64,000 nt of DNA from Botryllus schlosseri (taxonomy: Eukaryota), in the NCBI GenBank assembly GCA_051294905.1, contig CM119371.1:24492001-24556000 (forward strand). Direction: 5' to 3'. The notes beneath the pieces were generated by a model. That model saw only the letters and a list, made by a program, of their open reading frames with translations. It did no database searches and was not told where the DNA came from. Shown here in pieces: positions 1 to 11,794 of this stretch. Position 1 is the first letter of the stretch. Every line of letters starts with the position of its first letter. Both the position numbers and the translations under genes were made by a program.

Positions 1-549
1 GATTAAATTCTTCCACACGGGAATTGCACAGGACTTTAGTTACTGTTTTGTAGCAGGATGAAATGCCAGGATTTCTACTTAAATCCAGCGAATGCAGCTA
101 AAACATGGTGTGATGTTCAGATAGTTTACGAGACTACAAACGGCTCGAAGGTCGTAATAGATTAGTCATAATATTATTTACCGACGGTTGAGCAATTTTT
201 TGCGATTTCTACTCCTAATAGCAAAAACTTATTCAACACCGAAGAAGATAATGAAGCTCGTGATCAGAAACACTTTATTGATGATGAAAATTCTATCGAA
301 CAATGAAATGTCATGCTCCAATATGACTAAAACTCACATAAGCATTACACTGTGATTGAATATTTCAGTTAGAAAACAAAACAGATCTAGTTCAAATGAT
401 CACCTCATAAATTCCGAGACCATTATTTAACGAGATTAGTGAGTCTTCATCTAATTCGCAAGCTGAAAATCGAACTGTTTTCGTGTAATGCTTTCTTACG
501 AAGCATCCAATTTCTTTCAAGCCCGCCGGTTCCATATCGGTATTGTAAC

Positions 550-1938
550 TCAGATCAAGGCTTTCAACCTATAAATCCACCAATTTATATCAAAATGATC
601 CACAAAACTATAGAAACGAGCGAGTACCCCGATATCACCAAAACTTTCAAAAGCGCGAATTTCCTCGGGTGTAAGGTCACATCCTTTCATGATAAGAGTA
701 ACCGCCTTGTCTTTACAAAGTAAGGCAGGCAGCGCGATCATACACTCTTCATCCGGCTGATTGTAACTAATGTCAAGATATTGGAGCTAAAAAATATGGG
801 AAACTGTAAATTTACGATCAGCAATGATCAGCCATAAAAAATTCAAACTTATAACAGAAAAAAAATGTTGTTTAGTCACTCACGTCATATTATAGGCTAA
901 ATGTGCTAAGATTAAACTAGAATTTTCCTCATTCATCTCTACACAGCTGCTCATACAGAATGTGATCATTAACAACTGTACCCAGCAATAATCGCGCAGA
1001 CCTTAATGTTTTTGAGCTGCATAGCAATGAAATCTGTTGACTGCAAGCGCGAGTTCACAACTGACAAATATGTTAGATCGCTCGAAATAATAGTCCCGAG
1101 TTGCGTGAAGTTAATGTTCTCCCTGTAGCTGAGATCGAGGTTTTTCAATTTCACCTACGGAAATGAGGTATTAGGAAATATCACTTCGAGAGGCTCTATA
1201 CTAGATTAGCGCCTAGCTTTTTCCATCACCAATACCTGATGGTGCTGGATAAGTTTACTCAAAATAATCAGAAAATCTTCGGATCCACCACTTTCTTGCA
1301 GATTGAGCTCTGTCGAAGCACACTGCTTCATCAGCTCGCAGATTAATGGGATGAGTTTTTCAATGTCGTTGTGTGCTGTAACGCTGAGTTTTCTTATTTC
1401 GACCTGAACGAGCGCAAAACTTAACGCATAAAACGCTAAATGATCTATGAACAGCCTAACACTGATCAACTCTGACTATAGTCTATCTAGTAAGGCCATC
1501 GAGACTAATGCCTATACCAGTAGCAAATGAGCATTATTCGCTGCGATACCACCAATTCGCGCCTTAACACATTAGTAATACAGAACAATGCGATAACGAT
1601 AAAGCTGTATCTCGATATTTTACGGATAACATATACTGAAATAGAACGTGAATTTATAATGATCAATGACTACGAGCGGAATGTGCGAAGGCGTATACCT
1701 CAGATTCAAATCCGCGAATTTTATCCAATAGAATCTTGACGAGGTTTTCATTGAGATGACATTGACGAAATTCTAACTCATACACGCGAGATTGGCGAAT
1801 AAGAGAATTCGCGATATTATTTATGTCCAATTCAGTCATAGTTTGGTGATAGAGCCCATAAGGAATTTTCACTTCATAATGATCCGTAAGTACTAATTCA
1901 TGGTACATCCTCTTTTCAGCTTGATGATGTAGATTATC
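550..1938 (-). CDS. 3' exons of a leucine-rich-repeat protein (NLR/STAND-LRR-like C-terminus); predicted exons 1699-1938, 1236-1403, 1002-1154, 550-786
   Basis: All predicted splice junctions are canonical AG/GT and phase 0, and the exons join in frame: DNLHHQAEKRMYHELVL...KIRGFESE / VEIRKLSVTAHND...LIQHHQ / VKLKNLDLSYREN...LKNIK / LQYLDISYNQPDEEC...RLKALI*. LxxLxLSxN-type motifs are present. 5' exons were not identified. Confidence 0.75.
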
Positions 1939-3034
1939 CTAAAATTATTTACTTTTATAACTCTATATTCTATGATGTAAAAGTAGTATCATAAACGATA
2001 TCGGATGATATTCAACGTCGAGCAATTCTTCTCGAATATAAGTACAAGTAGCGATTTAAAGGTGCGTAAGTAAATGTTTGTAGACTATCTCCCCCTCTAG
2101 CGTTCAGAGACGATGAGTAGAGAAGTACTGAGTACTCAAGTACACTGTAAATTTTTTACCGTTGGTGACGACACCAAAAAGAACGCGTTTTGTGTAAAAA
2201 AACTAAACACCTGAAAAGATGTTTCGCGTTTTGGTTTGGCGTTGTCAAATACTGTGTTGTGCCATATACCCGGTGTCAAAAGATGTGTTGTCTCATATAG
2301 GAGTTTCTACGTCGTGCATGAACCCCAATAATCAGGCCTAAATCACCCTCTGTAGCTGTTCAAATAGATTACTAAACAATCTGGCGTGCACGACCTCTCC
2401 CCGCAGTGATTAAAATGAATTACTAAATGTTCTGGCATACTAGGCACACACCCCGCCGCTTGTAACGCAGCATAAAAATCATTCCATAGTTTGCAATGAA
2501 ACCATCATATTAAAAATCAACGACAGTAATAAGCATTAAGCAATGCTAAATGGAAGTTATGCACAAAATCAACGACAGTAATAAGCATTAAGCAATGCTA
2601 AATGCAAGTTATGCACAATGAAACAGTACTGTTGCTAGTACAAATAAAGAATTGTGGCACAGCATGAAATAATTAGATTGAAGCCATTTTAGAGCATGTG
2701 GTAACTAAGCATAAAGAACTGCCGCATATGACTTCATAACCCCCGAACTTAACCCAACCCTTAAATTAACCATTACATATAATCACACTGACCCTTATCT
2801 ACCCCTAAATGTAACGATTACCCAGCATAGGGCAGAATTCAACCCAAATGCTAAAGTGTCAAAGGATATCACGGGACATGCTTATATCTCCACTGATCTA
2901 CTGGAATGATGTATTACATTAGCGAAATACTGCAAAATAAAACAAGACAGTGTGACAAGATAAAAGTTCAGTATGAACTACTGTAAAAATCTTGGACAGT
3001 ACTAACCAACCAAAGAAAGGGGCTTATTATGCCC

Positions 3035-4134
3035 TTACTGCATGTGTTCAAATTTCCTAAAGAAATTACTCAATTTTTCGGAGATAAATTGGGTGTTTTT
3101 GTCGCCAACAACAAGCCTCATAACAAATGCCAGGATTTGAAATTCCTTGGGGCACGACACATCCCAGGCATAATAACATGCCATCATATCAATTAAAACA
3201 TCTAAAACCGTTGCGTCTTTATCACCGCAAGGAATCAATTCCCCGACAGCTAGAATCCAGCCTTGGATCGAACCATCCTGATGTCTTGCGACGACTAAAT
3301 GTGAAGTATCATGCTTCTGACTCTTGGTCTCTATGTCGAGGGCCTGAAACACAGACAAATGTTCATGTTCAAGTGTACACCTACATGCGAATTTTGGAAA
3401 TCGCTTTGAAAAAAATCTGAAATCATCAGGTAAGGACATCCATGAAATAGACCCATTAATAGGTTTCTTTCTATTCCGTTATGCTTTCCCATCCTATACA
3501 GCAGGGGTTCTCAACCTGGGGGGCGCGAAGAAGCGGTCACCTGAGAAAATTTTTCGCGCTACGCACGATTGACCTACAATGCACGCGTGTTTCTCTACAT
3601 ATAGGCCCAATATCATATATATTTATTCTCTCATCAACCTTCATAATCGTCCATACCACCAAACAATCTGTTGGGGTTGCTAGCATCCCAGTTGGATTTT
3701 GTGATATGACGATAAGGGGGGGGGGCGAAATTTGTCACTATCAAATAGGGGGGCGTGTCTAAAAAAGGTTGAGAACCACTGCTATACAGTAATGTTTTCT
3801 CGTCATATATTAATTGAAGTAGCAATTCGGTATTCATTATGCACCTGTTGAACCACCAGCGCAGTTAACCCCCTCTTTTGTCTGCAGTTAATTTAGGCAT
3901 CCGAAAGTTACGAAGTCCTGTAATTCCAGCAGTTTGGTCAGCTCATCCCTGTCACCTCCACTGGACTGATAAAATTGAATGATATAACGGTTACTACTAA
4001 TGCTGAATCAAGATGAATTTTAGGTTCCAATTTACCTGAAAAATCTTATCCAATATATTCAATATTTGTTGATTATTGCTTCTCATGTCGTCAATGATTG
4101 TTGGCGCAATTATGCTCTTGAAATCTTCTCTGAC
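3035..4134 (-). pseudogene. Decayed spliced EnSpm accessory-type gene (SAMD3-C-terminus-like), copy 1
   Basis: Exons 4036-4134 (VREDFKSII...DKIFQ), ~3845-3965 (one in-frame stop) and 3035-3343 (ALDIETK...MMACYYAWDVSCPKEFQILAFVMRLVVG). The YYxWDxxxP / FxxxLxxG pattern resembles the second ORF of animal EnSpm elements (family assignment from memory). Confidence 0.55.
3502..3781. mobile_element. hAT-type MITE
   Basis: TIR CAGGGGTTCTCAACC / GGTTGAGAACCACTG; 8-bp TSD CTATACAG (3494-3501, 3782-3789). Confidence 0.9.
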
Positions 4135-5177
4135 CTGAGACAAAAAGTAATACCGACACGAAACACAGATAGAGGTGGCTGATAAAATAAGTGGGCCTTT
4201 TTGCTATTCACGTCAATGCTATTCACGTCAGCATTTTGATTATCTATGTATCCTACGGCCGCATTCCAGTGCATAGTTGCAAGGAACTAACTAGGCGCCA
4301 AATACCCCTGTTAAAATGTCCATGGTCTATTTTCAGTGGGCTATGGACTAATCTCTCTATTCATGTCATCTTACTCAACGCACCCGAATCGCCAGGGTTC
4401 TAATGACTCGATTCAGGATTTTCTGATGACTCGAGTCATTTTCTCAAAACACGGAAATGACTCGACTCAAATCAATCTATGTATATCGACTCGACTTGGA
4501 CTCGAGTCATTGCGCATGACTCGTACCAAGCCATATGACTCGAGACTCAGGCGGCCAAGACCAACATTTCATTGTAATTTCGAAGAATAGTAAAGTGACC
4601 ACACTATTGATATTTCGTCTATTGGTACTGGTACTTGAAAATGTGACCAGAAACTGCTAAAGTGAGGAAAATTGGTATAACATGAATGCGAATCATTCGA
4701 TGTCACCAACCAGAGTTTAAAAAAGTGGATTCAACAAGAATGCTGAAGAGTACCAAGCTATCCAGTCACACGCTCATGCCCACGGATCTACTGGACTGAA
4801 ATATATAAACGAAATATTGCAAAAGAAAGCAAGACAGTGTCCCAAGATAAAAGTAGAGTATGAACTACTGTTCAACAACTTGCACAGCAATAACCAAGTC
4901 AAATTAGTGGGCCTATCAGGACCTTACAGTATGTGCTCAAAATTGTTGTTGAAGAAATTATTCAATTTTTCACTGACAATAAATTAAACCCATATGTGTC
5001 ATGCACTATCAAGTCGCATGCTATGTCCAGTGTCAACGAAGCTAATGGGATGTGTATACTAACGAAATACTGCAAAATAAACAAGACCGTGAGCCGAGAT
5101 ACAAGCAAAGGATGAGGTACTGTTTAACAACTTGCACAATAATAACCACAAGTCAAAGAAAGAGGCCTATTATGCCC

Positions 5178-5960
5178 TTACAATACATGTTCAAATTTCC
5201 TAAAAAAATTATTAAATTTTTTTGAGATATATTGGGTATTTTTATCGCCGACAACAACCCTCTGAATAAATGCCATGAATTGAAATTCCTTCGGGTATGA
5301 CACATCCCAGGCATAATAACATGCCGTCATATCGAATAGAATATCGAACACCATTGCACCGCCGTTACCTCACGGGACGGATTTCCCAACAGCTATGATC
5401 CAGCCTTGAATTGACCCATCCTGATGTCTTGCGACAACTAGATGCGGGGATAATGCTTCTGACTCTTGGTCTCTATGTCGTGAGCCTGAAACACAAGACA
5501 TACTGGTGAAGCATGTGCTTACAAACGAATTTTAGTAACCGCTTCGAAAAAATTCAAAGTCATGTTAGGATATCCATGAAATACATCTATTTACAGGTTA
5601 GCCTTTCCTACCTAAACATATTCCAATTACATATTAATGGAAGAAGCAATTATGTATTTGTTATGTACCTGTTGGACTGGCAAAGCAGTCAAACCGATTT
5701 TTGTCGGCAGTTAATTCTGGCGTCTGCGAGTTCCGATTTGTAGTTACAGCAGCTTGGAGAGTTCATCCTTGTCACCTTTCAGTGGACTGATGAAATGAAA
5801 TGATAAAATACTTATTACTAATGCCAAAGCACACTCAATATGCACGTCCAAATTTACCTGGAATATTACATCCAATAACTATCATATTTTGATAACGGCT
5901 TTTCATGTCTTCAATGGTTGTTGGCGCGATTATGTTCTTGAACTGTTCTCTGATCTGAGG
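5178..5960 (-). pseudogene. Diverged tandem duplicate (copy 2) of the EnSpm accessory-type gene, frameshifted
   Basis: ~5060-6200 is colinear with ~2920-4380 (e.g. GACACATCCCAGGCATAATAACATGCC in both). It has a 1-nt deletion near 5450 relative to copy 1. Confidence 0.6.
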
Positions 5961-6392
5961 TGAACAGTAAAATCATCACAAAACACTCATAGAAATGGCG
6001 GATAACATTAGGCCAGGACCGGCCATCCTTTTTTGTTATTCACGACCTCGTTTCGATTTCCTATGTAGCCCACGGCTGCATTTTAGTGCATAGTTATAAT
6101 GAACTATCTTGACACCAAATACCCACGTTGAACTTTCCATGGTATATTTACAGTGAGTTATGGACTAACCATGTCGTCATGACGTCTTAACTCGACAGAC
6201 CGAAATCGCGAGTAGTCGTGAAGTTATAACTATAGTGGAATTAATGTTGTAGTTTCCCATATTACTATCAAATATGTAAGCAGATATGGTAGGCCGTATC
6301 TAAGGCTGCCACAATCTTTTACGCAACAAATGTTGAGGCATAGAAAAATGTGACGCTGAGAATGTTAGGGATATTTTGTGCTCACATAAAAG

Positions 6393-6937
6393 CAGGGTTG
6401 TAATGACTCGAGTCACGATTTTCTGATGACGCGACTTGACCCGAGTCATTTTCTCAAAATACGGAAATGACTCGACTCGAGTCAATCTGTATATTGACTC
6501 GACTTGGAGTCGGGTCATTGCGCACAACTCGAACCAAGTCAAATGACTCGAGACTCAGGTCTACACTTCATTGTACTTTCGAGGAATAATAAGTAACCAC
6601 ACTATTGGGATTACGTCTATTGGTATCAGTATTATAAATGTGACCAGAAACTGCTAAAAGTGAGGAAAATCAGTTTATTATAAATGCGAACCATTCGATA
6701 TCGCCAAGCAGAGCTATAAAAAGTGGATTAACAAGACTTTAACTGCAAACTGAGCAGTCAATACAATGACTTGGACTAGGACTCGAGTCATATTACCATG
6801 GCTCGGACTCTATCATCTGCTCGCTGACTTCGACTTGACTCGATGGTGAATTGAAAATGACTCGACTTGACTCAAGTCAATCTATAAAAGTGAGATTGAC
6901 TTGTGACTCGGAGCCTTGTGACTTGGTTACAACCCTG
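6393..6937. mobile_element. hAT-type MITE with GACTC/GACTT subterminal repeats (truncated copy at ~4393-4740)
   Basis: TIR CAGGGTTGTAA / TTACAACCCTG; 8-bp TSD CATAAAAG (6385-6392, 6938-6945). Confidence 0.9.
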
Positions 6938-8969
6938 CATAAAAGACTAAAATCCATGAATGAGTGTGCAATTGTTCTAGTTTCAATCTTATTCATGGTG
7001 TTCCGGAAAAAGCTACAGAAGAACTGTATAGTACGGACCAAGGCAATCTTGCTGAACAAACATTTTCTATTCCCATCCTTATGAGATTGAACTCTGATCT
7101 GATATGAACTCAACTTGATTGAATGTCCGGTTTTCAAAAATTCAGTAAATCTATTTATAATTTAATTTAAAAAATACCTTTAGCCACAATTGGAATATAA
7201 TTTGGGAAAATGTAGTACAACCGTATTTCTAATTTGTCTGATTCCGGAAAAATGTGCAGCTAGACTTGTAATCTAATTTGAAAAAGCTGAACATTTTCTT
7301 GTTGTCCAAGTCTGCCTTGCCTTACCGTCTACCACACGAGTACGATGAACTATAAAGTGATTATAAAATGGTTCCATGATGTAATACCCACACTCACCAG
7401 TTTGATATCAGTCAAGGAAGGAAACCGATCAAGTATTCCCGACAGAGGATTGTCTTTTTGCATTATCTTAGAACGTCGATGTCCGATTGTCCGTACAGGT
7501 GGCGATTCTTGTGGCACTTCTGCAAGTGTTTTCAAAGCTTATTCGGGCTATCAAAAAATTAGCACAGCCAACAGGATTGTAGACGGGACATTATTTGATG
7601 AACTTATTATCGACGAAGCATTATTTCTTCATTAATAGCATATATCTGTCAAATTAATATTCATGATTACATTTGGTAAAACCTTTCAACCCCACCCATG
7701 ATGCACTGAATAATAAAGCAGTGTGGAAAGGTTTCACGCGGCCAATCAGGAGAGATATCAAAGCACATGAATAAATCGAATCAACTACATTGTTGATTCA
7801 TTGAATCCAAGAAAGTACATGAATACATCATCACTGCCAACTATACATCATGATGTACACAGGTAAGGCGAAGCAACAATTATGAGGATTAAATAATTAA
7901 TATTTTGCGCAACAATTTGCACATAACATGTTCATAGGGAACACTGATTCGTGGTGATCAAGTGAGCTCGTATCAATGTTTACAATGGATCAAACCACGA
8001 ATAACATAGAATTTACAAGTGGATATAAACTCTTCTAGCAGAGAGAGTTATCAGAGCATAGGAATAAAATCATCACTGTCGACTGAATTATCGTGTAGAC
8101 TACACAGACTTTGCAGAAATAGATTCTCCATAGGATATGTTGTTTGCCAATCAACACTTCGTGTACACGGCATGTTCACGGGGAACACGAATAGGTGATG
8201 GTCATGTAAAAACCATTAAATGTCTATAAGTTGGCCAGGCCCTTAAAACGACATCAACCACCTATACCACATCTCCTTCGAGCCTTCAGTGCTTCATAAT
8301 TAAGCAAGCAAATGGTGCAATGCCTGACCAGGACCATGTTGTAAATTTCCTCAAACTTTCAAAATGTCACTACACCGGCCTAACTAAGCCCTGATGGCAC
8401 TAATATTGTAGCGTACCATGATGTATACTAAGGATACTAAGGAAGGCGAATACTTTAGCTTTTACCTTCCAATTTATCGATATGGTGAGATGCGATACCG
8501 GTAATGGCTAAGAAAGTCCTCAAATCGACGCACACCTCACAGCCGCATACTCCACCTGTCATGACGTCGTATCGCAAAAGAACCACATGGATGTGTGCGA
8601 CAGGTGATGACGTTGTCAGTATTGAGAAAAAGTGAACGCGAAAAAAGGGAAGACATCAAATTTCTCTCGATCGCGGCGTTGTTTACACCATTGGCCGTTG
8701 CCACCAACGGAAAATAGGGCGGTTGTGTTGTCTCGAATTTACAGTGTAGGTTTTCCCTACATACAGAAAATACTGGAATGTTGGTGATATAGGATCGTTT
8801 CTACTTCAAGACTGTTTCAGTATTAAACTAAAAATAGACCCCTGAATACTAACTTTTTACTTATGCAATAGCGATTACAAAGTAAGTAACTAACATAATA
8901 TGTTTGTAGACTATATCTCCACTTCTACCGTTCAGAGATGTTGAGCAGAGAAGTATATGTACTTCTTTA

Positions 8970-10407
8970 AAGTACTCAAGTAGGTTTTTGTCTACACGTA
9001 CCAACTGCTCAAGTGTTTATGGCGCAGGAATGATTCATTAAGTATAGCGCAAGCAGGCCAAACCTGAACTTGAGTACTCCAAAATGTACAAGTACTTCGC
9101 TATGTACTCCTTCCACGTAAAAAGTGGCTAGGTTTTAGGCTACTTTATCGTTACTTGACAGTTTCAGTTTTAGATAAAATTTGGTAAGACTTTAAATTTT
9201 AAAGTAGTTTGAGCTTACGTTTGTATCACCTTGACAAGTAACATTATCAGACATTCAAATTATATTATCACCTAATACAGAAGTTAACACGTCAATGTGC
9301 TTCGGAATTCACGAGAAATTGCATACTAAGAGAAGTATATTCTTGTATACACAATAGTGGAGAGAATCTTTAAAATGTAGTAAGCAGGCCGATGGGTATT
9401 CGTTGAGTTGTATAAGCATAAAAACATTCCCGCGCGTCTTAGTATTAGGTGTTAGGGTTAGGAAAAGTTTAGGTTTAGGAGCGCGCGGGAATAGCAAGTT
9501 TTGCGTAAAGTGTGTCTTGCATTTAGTGCCGGCTCTGAAAGCAAGCAAAGTTTGTGGTATTTGCGCAACATCGAAATTTGTACACTTCACGCTTATCTTA
9601 TGTCGAAAACATAAGTTAGTTAAAAGTATTTCGAATCATGAGTATGAATAATTTTTAAAAGCCCAAATATGCCGCATCCAAACTTCGTAAATATTTTCGA
9701 TTAGTTTTTTCGATTCTATCTACTTTAAAAGAGTCAGTGTAGAAGTTTCGAAACTTGCATGAATTACAAGCTACATAATGCAATTAGTTTACACGCGATG
9801 ATGTAACTTTCCTTATTTGTATGCATAGCCTATGCGAAATTGGTTACCGAATTTTTCGATTAGTTTATATTCCGAATTTTGTACTACTAAAAATGTTACA
9901 AAATATGAAATAGTATACAAGTAGAATTATTATTATGTCATGAATAAGTAGTTTACAAATTCATACGATTTTTCTTGTTGCGTTCCGGGATAAAATGTAA
10001 TTTTTCGCTCTTTTTTATTTTTTTATTTTTTCAATAAAATTAGTATTCATTTTACAAAAACGTCGTGTAAAGGTAAAGTACTTGTACATTTCGTAGTGCT
10101 CAAGTATAAGTTTTTATACTATTACCTGGATAAAATTTTCAGAATAGAGACTTTTGCGTAAATTCCGTGTTGCATTTAGTTGCCAGCTCTGAAAGCAAGC
10201 AAAGTTTATGGTATTTGCGCAACTTCAAAAATCAATAAAGTAGTCTAAAATCTAGTCACTTTTTACGTGGAGTACATAGCGAAGTACTTGTACATTTTGG
10301 AGTACTCAAGTATAGGTTTGGCCTGCTTGCGCTATACTTAATGAATCATTCCTGTGTCATAAACACTTGAGTAGTTGGTGCGTGTAGACAACAACCTACT
10401 TGAGTAC
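8970..10407. repeat. Inverted repeat pair (~160 bp arms) of an AGTAC/TACTT-rich repeat family, with internal direct repeats
   Basis: 8970-9131 is the reverse complement of ~10252-10407. Direct repeats lie at ~9503-9569/10156-10223 and ~10036-10092/10428-10486. Confidence 0.7.
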
Positions 10408-10736
10408 ATAATTTTTACTTTTTTCATTAAAATTAGTATTCATTTTACAAAAACGTCGTGTGAAGGTAAAGTACTTGTACATTTCGGAGTACTCAAGTAT
10501 AGGTTTTGTCAGCTTATTATATGCTCAGTATATTATATGTCAAGAATTGTGGAGCATTTTTGAACTCTCTGCATGATCATTAGGGCTTCTATTTTTTTGT
10601 TGCAGGGCAACTTTGTTGTAGCCGAAAGCGGTATTATCTAGCAACAAGGTTTAAATGACTCGCCTCCGGCGTTTATTGATGATTTAATTACCCGTGTTCT
10701 AGTCATGCAAAAATTATGCATGTATTAGTATGAAGC

Positions 10737-11125
10737 TCAGATGCAGCAAAGTGTGTGAGACTGCCTGTAAAAATTGCGCGAAGCAGCGACTCTAATTTCC
10801 CGGCTGATAGCAAACAACGACGCTGAAATTCTACTTCAGACGCAGCAAAGTGTGTGAGCCTGTAAAAATTGCGGGAATTTACATTTCTCGGCTTATAACA
10901 AATAACGACGCTGAAATTCTACTTCAGATGCAGCAAAGTTAATGCGTCTGTCTATATAAATTGCGCGAAGGTGCATTTCTCGGCTTATAGTGAATAACGA
11001 CGCTGAAATTCTACTTCAGATATAGCAAATGCGGCAAATCTGCGCGAATAGCTGCATAAATCGCGAAAAGGTGCAACTCTAATTTTTAGGCTTTATTGCA
11101 AATACCGATGCTGAAATTGTACTTA
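10737..11125 (+). repeat. Degenerate tandem repeat, ~4 units of ~90-110 bp
   Basis: Core CGACGCTGAAATTCTACTTCAGA recurs at 10818, 10906 and 10998, with a variant at 11106. Confidence 0.85.
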
Positions 11126-11506
11126 TGTCACATAGAACTCGGACACTATCGGTGAAATTCACATAAAATCATGCGTAGTTGATCGCGCGAAATGTACGTA
11201 TAATTTTAATATATAACAATAAAACCGCGAGTGTAAAATTGCTGTTTAATGGCTTTACCACGTTCTTACCAAGTACCTTAATAAGGATAGACAGCCCCAA
11301 GCAGTAATTGTTAGGTCATCATCACTAGCTTCCACCTCTTTACTCTTTTCAGCTGCAATCGTAACTTCGATCAATTCTGCAATGAAGTAAATAGTAGTTT
11401 AAGGTAATGTTTGTATAACCTTTACGAGTGCCATTGTCACACTCGAAAAAGATATTACCGTCTTTAAATCATCAGTTGCACTGCAAGTTGAACATAAGTC
11501 GTACGG

Positions 11507-11794
11507 ATGGCGCTAAAAATAACTGTGTATCGTTTTGTACGCACACATACTGCGGTGTTGCGATATAGTCCTGACACGATTGTCCAAGTTCTGAAAGCTG
11601 GAAAAGATACTCTCATATTATTTGATTGCGATTTCGATCCCACAGAATCTCAAGTTATTCGTGGTCAATGGAATGGTACCTCTATCATAGATGTAGAGGG
11701 AAAAGAGATCTTCCGATTTGTTGGTATCGTTAATATTCAACGCAAATCGGGCTTCATAATTGTGCGGGGGATCCCATTGTTGAATTTGAATTGA
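11507..11794 (+). CDS. Unassigned 95-aa intronless protein, paralog of 29359-29637
   Basis: Intact ATG-to-stop ORF. 44 of 92 aligned residues are identical to ORF 29359-29637, and 22 of those 44 use different synonymous codons (hand count). Confidence 0.75.
   Translation: MALKITVYRFVRTHTAVLRYSPDTIVQVLKAGKDTLILFDCDFDPTESQVIRGQWNGTSIIDVEGKEIFRFVGIVNIQRKSGFIIVRGIPLLNLN

Larger units (their letters stand above)
2143..8746. mobile_element. CMC/EnSpm (CACTA-like, CACTG termini) DNA transposon, probably non-autonomous
   Basis: 11-bp TIR CACTGTAAATT (2143) / AATTTACAGTG (8736-8746), flanked by TA on both sides. Removing it restores AGTACTCAAG-TA-GGTTTT, matching the uninterrupted copy of the same repeat at ~8971-8988. 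Confidence 0.8.
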
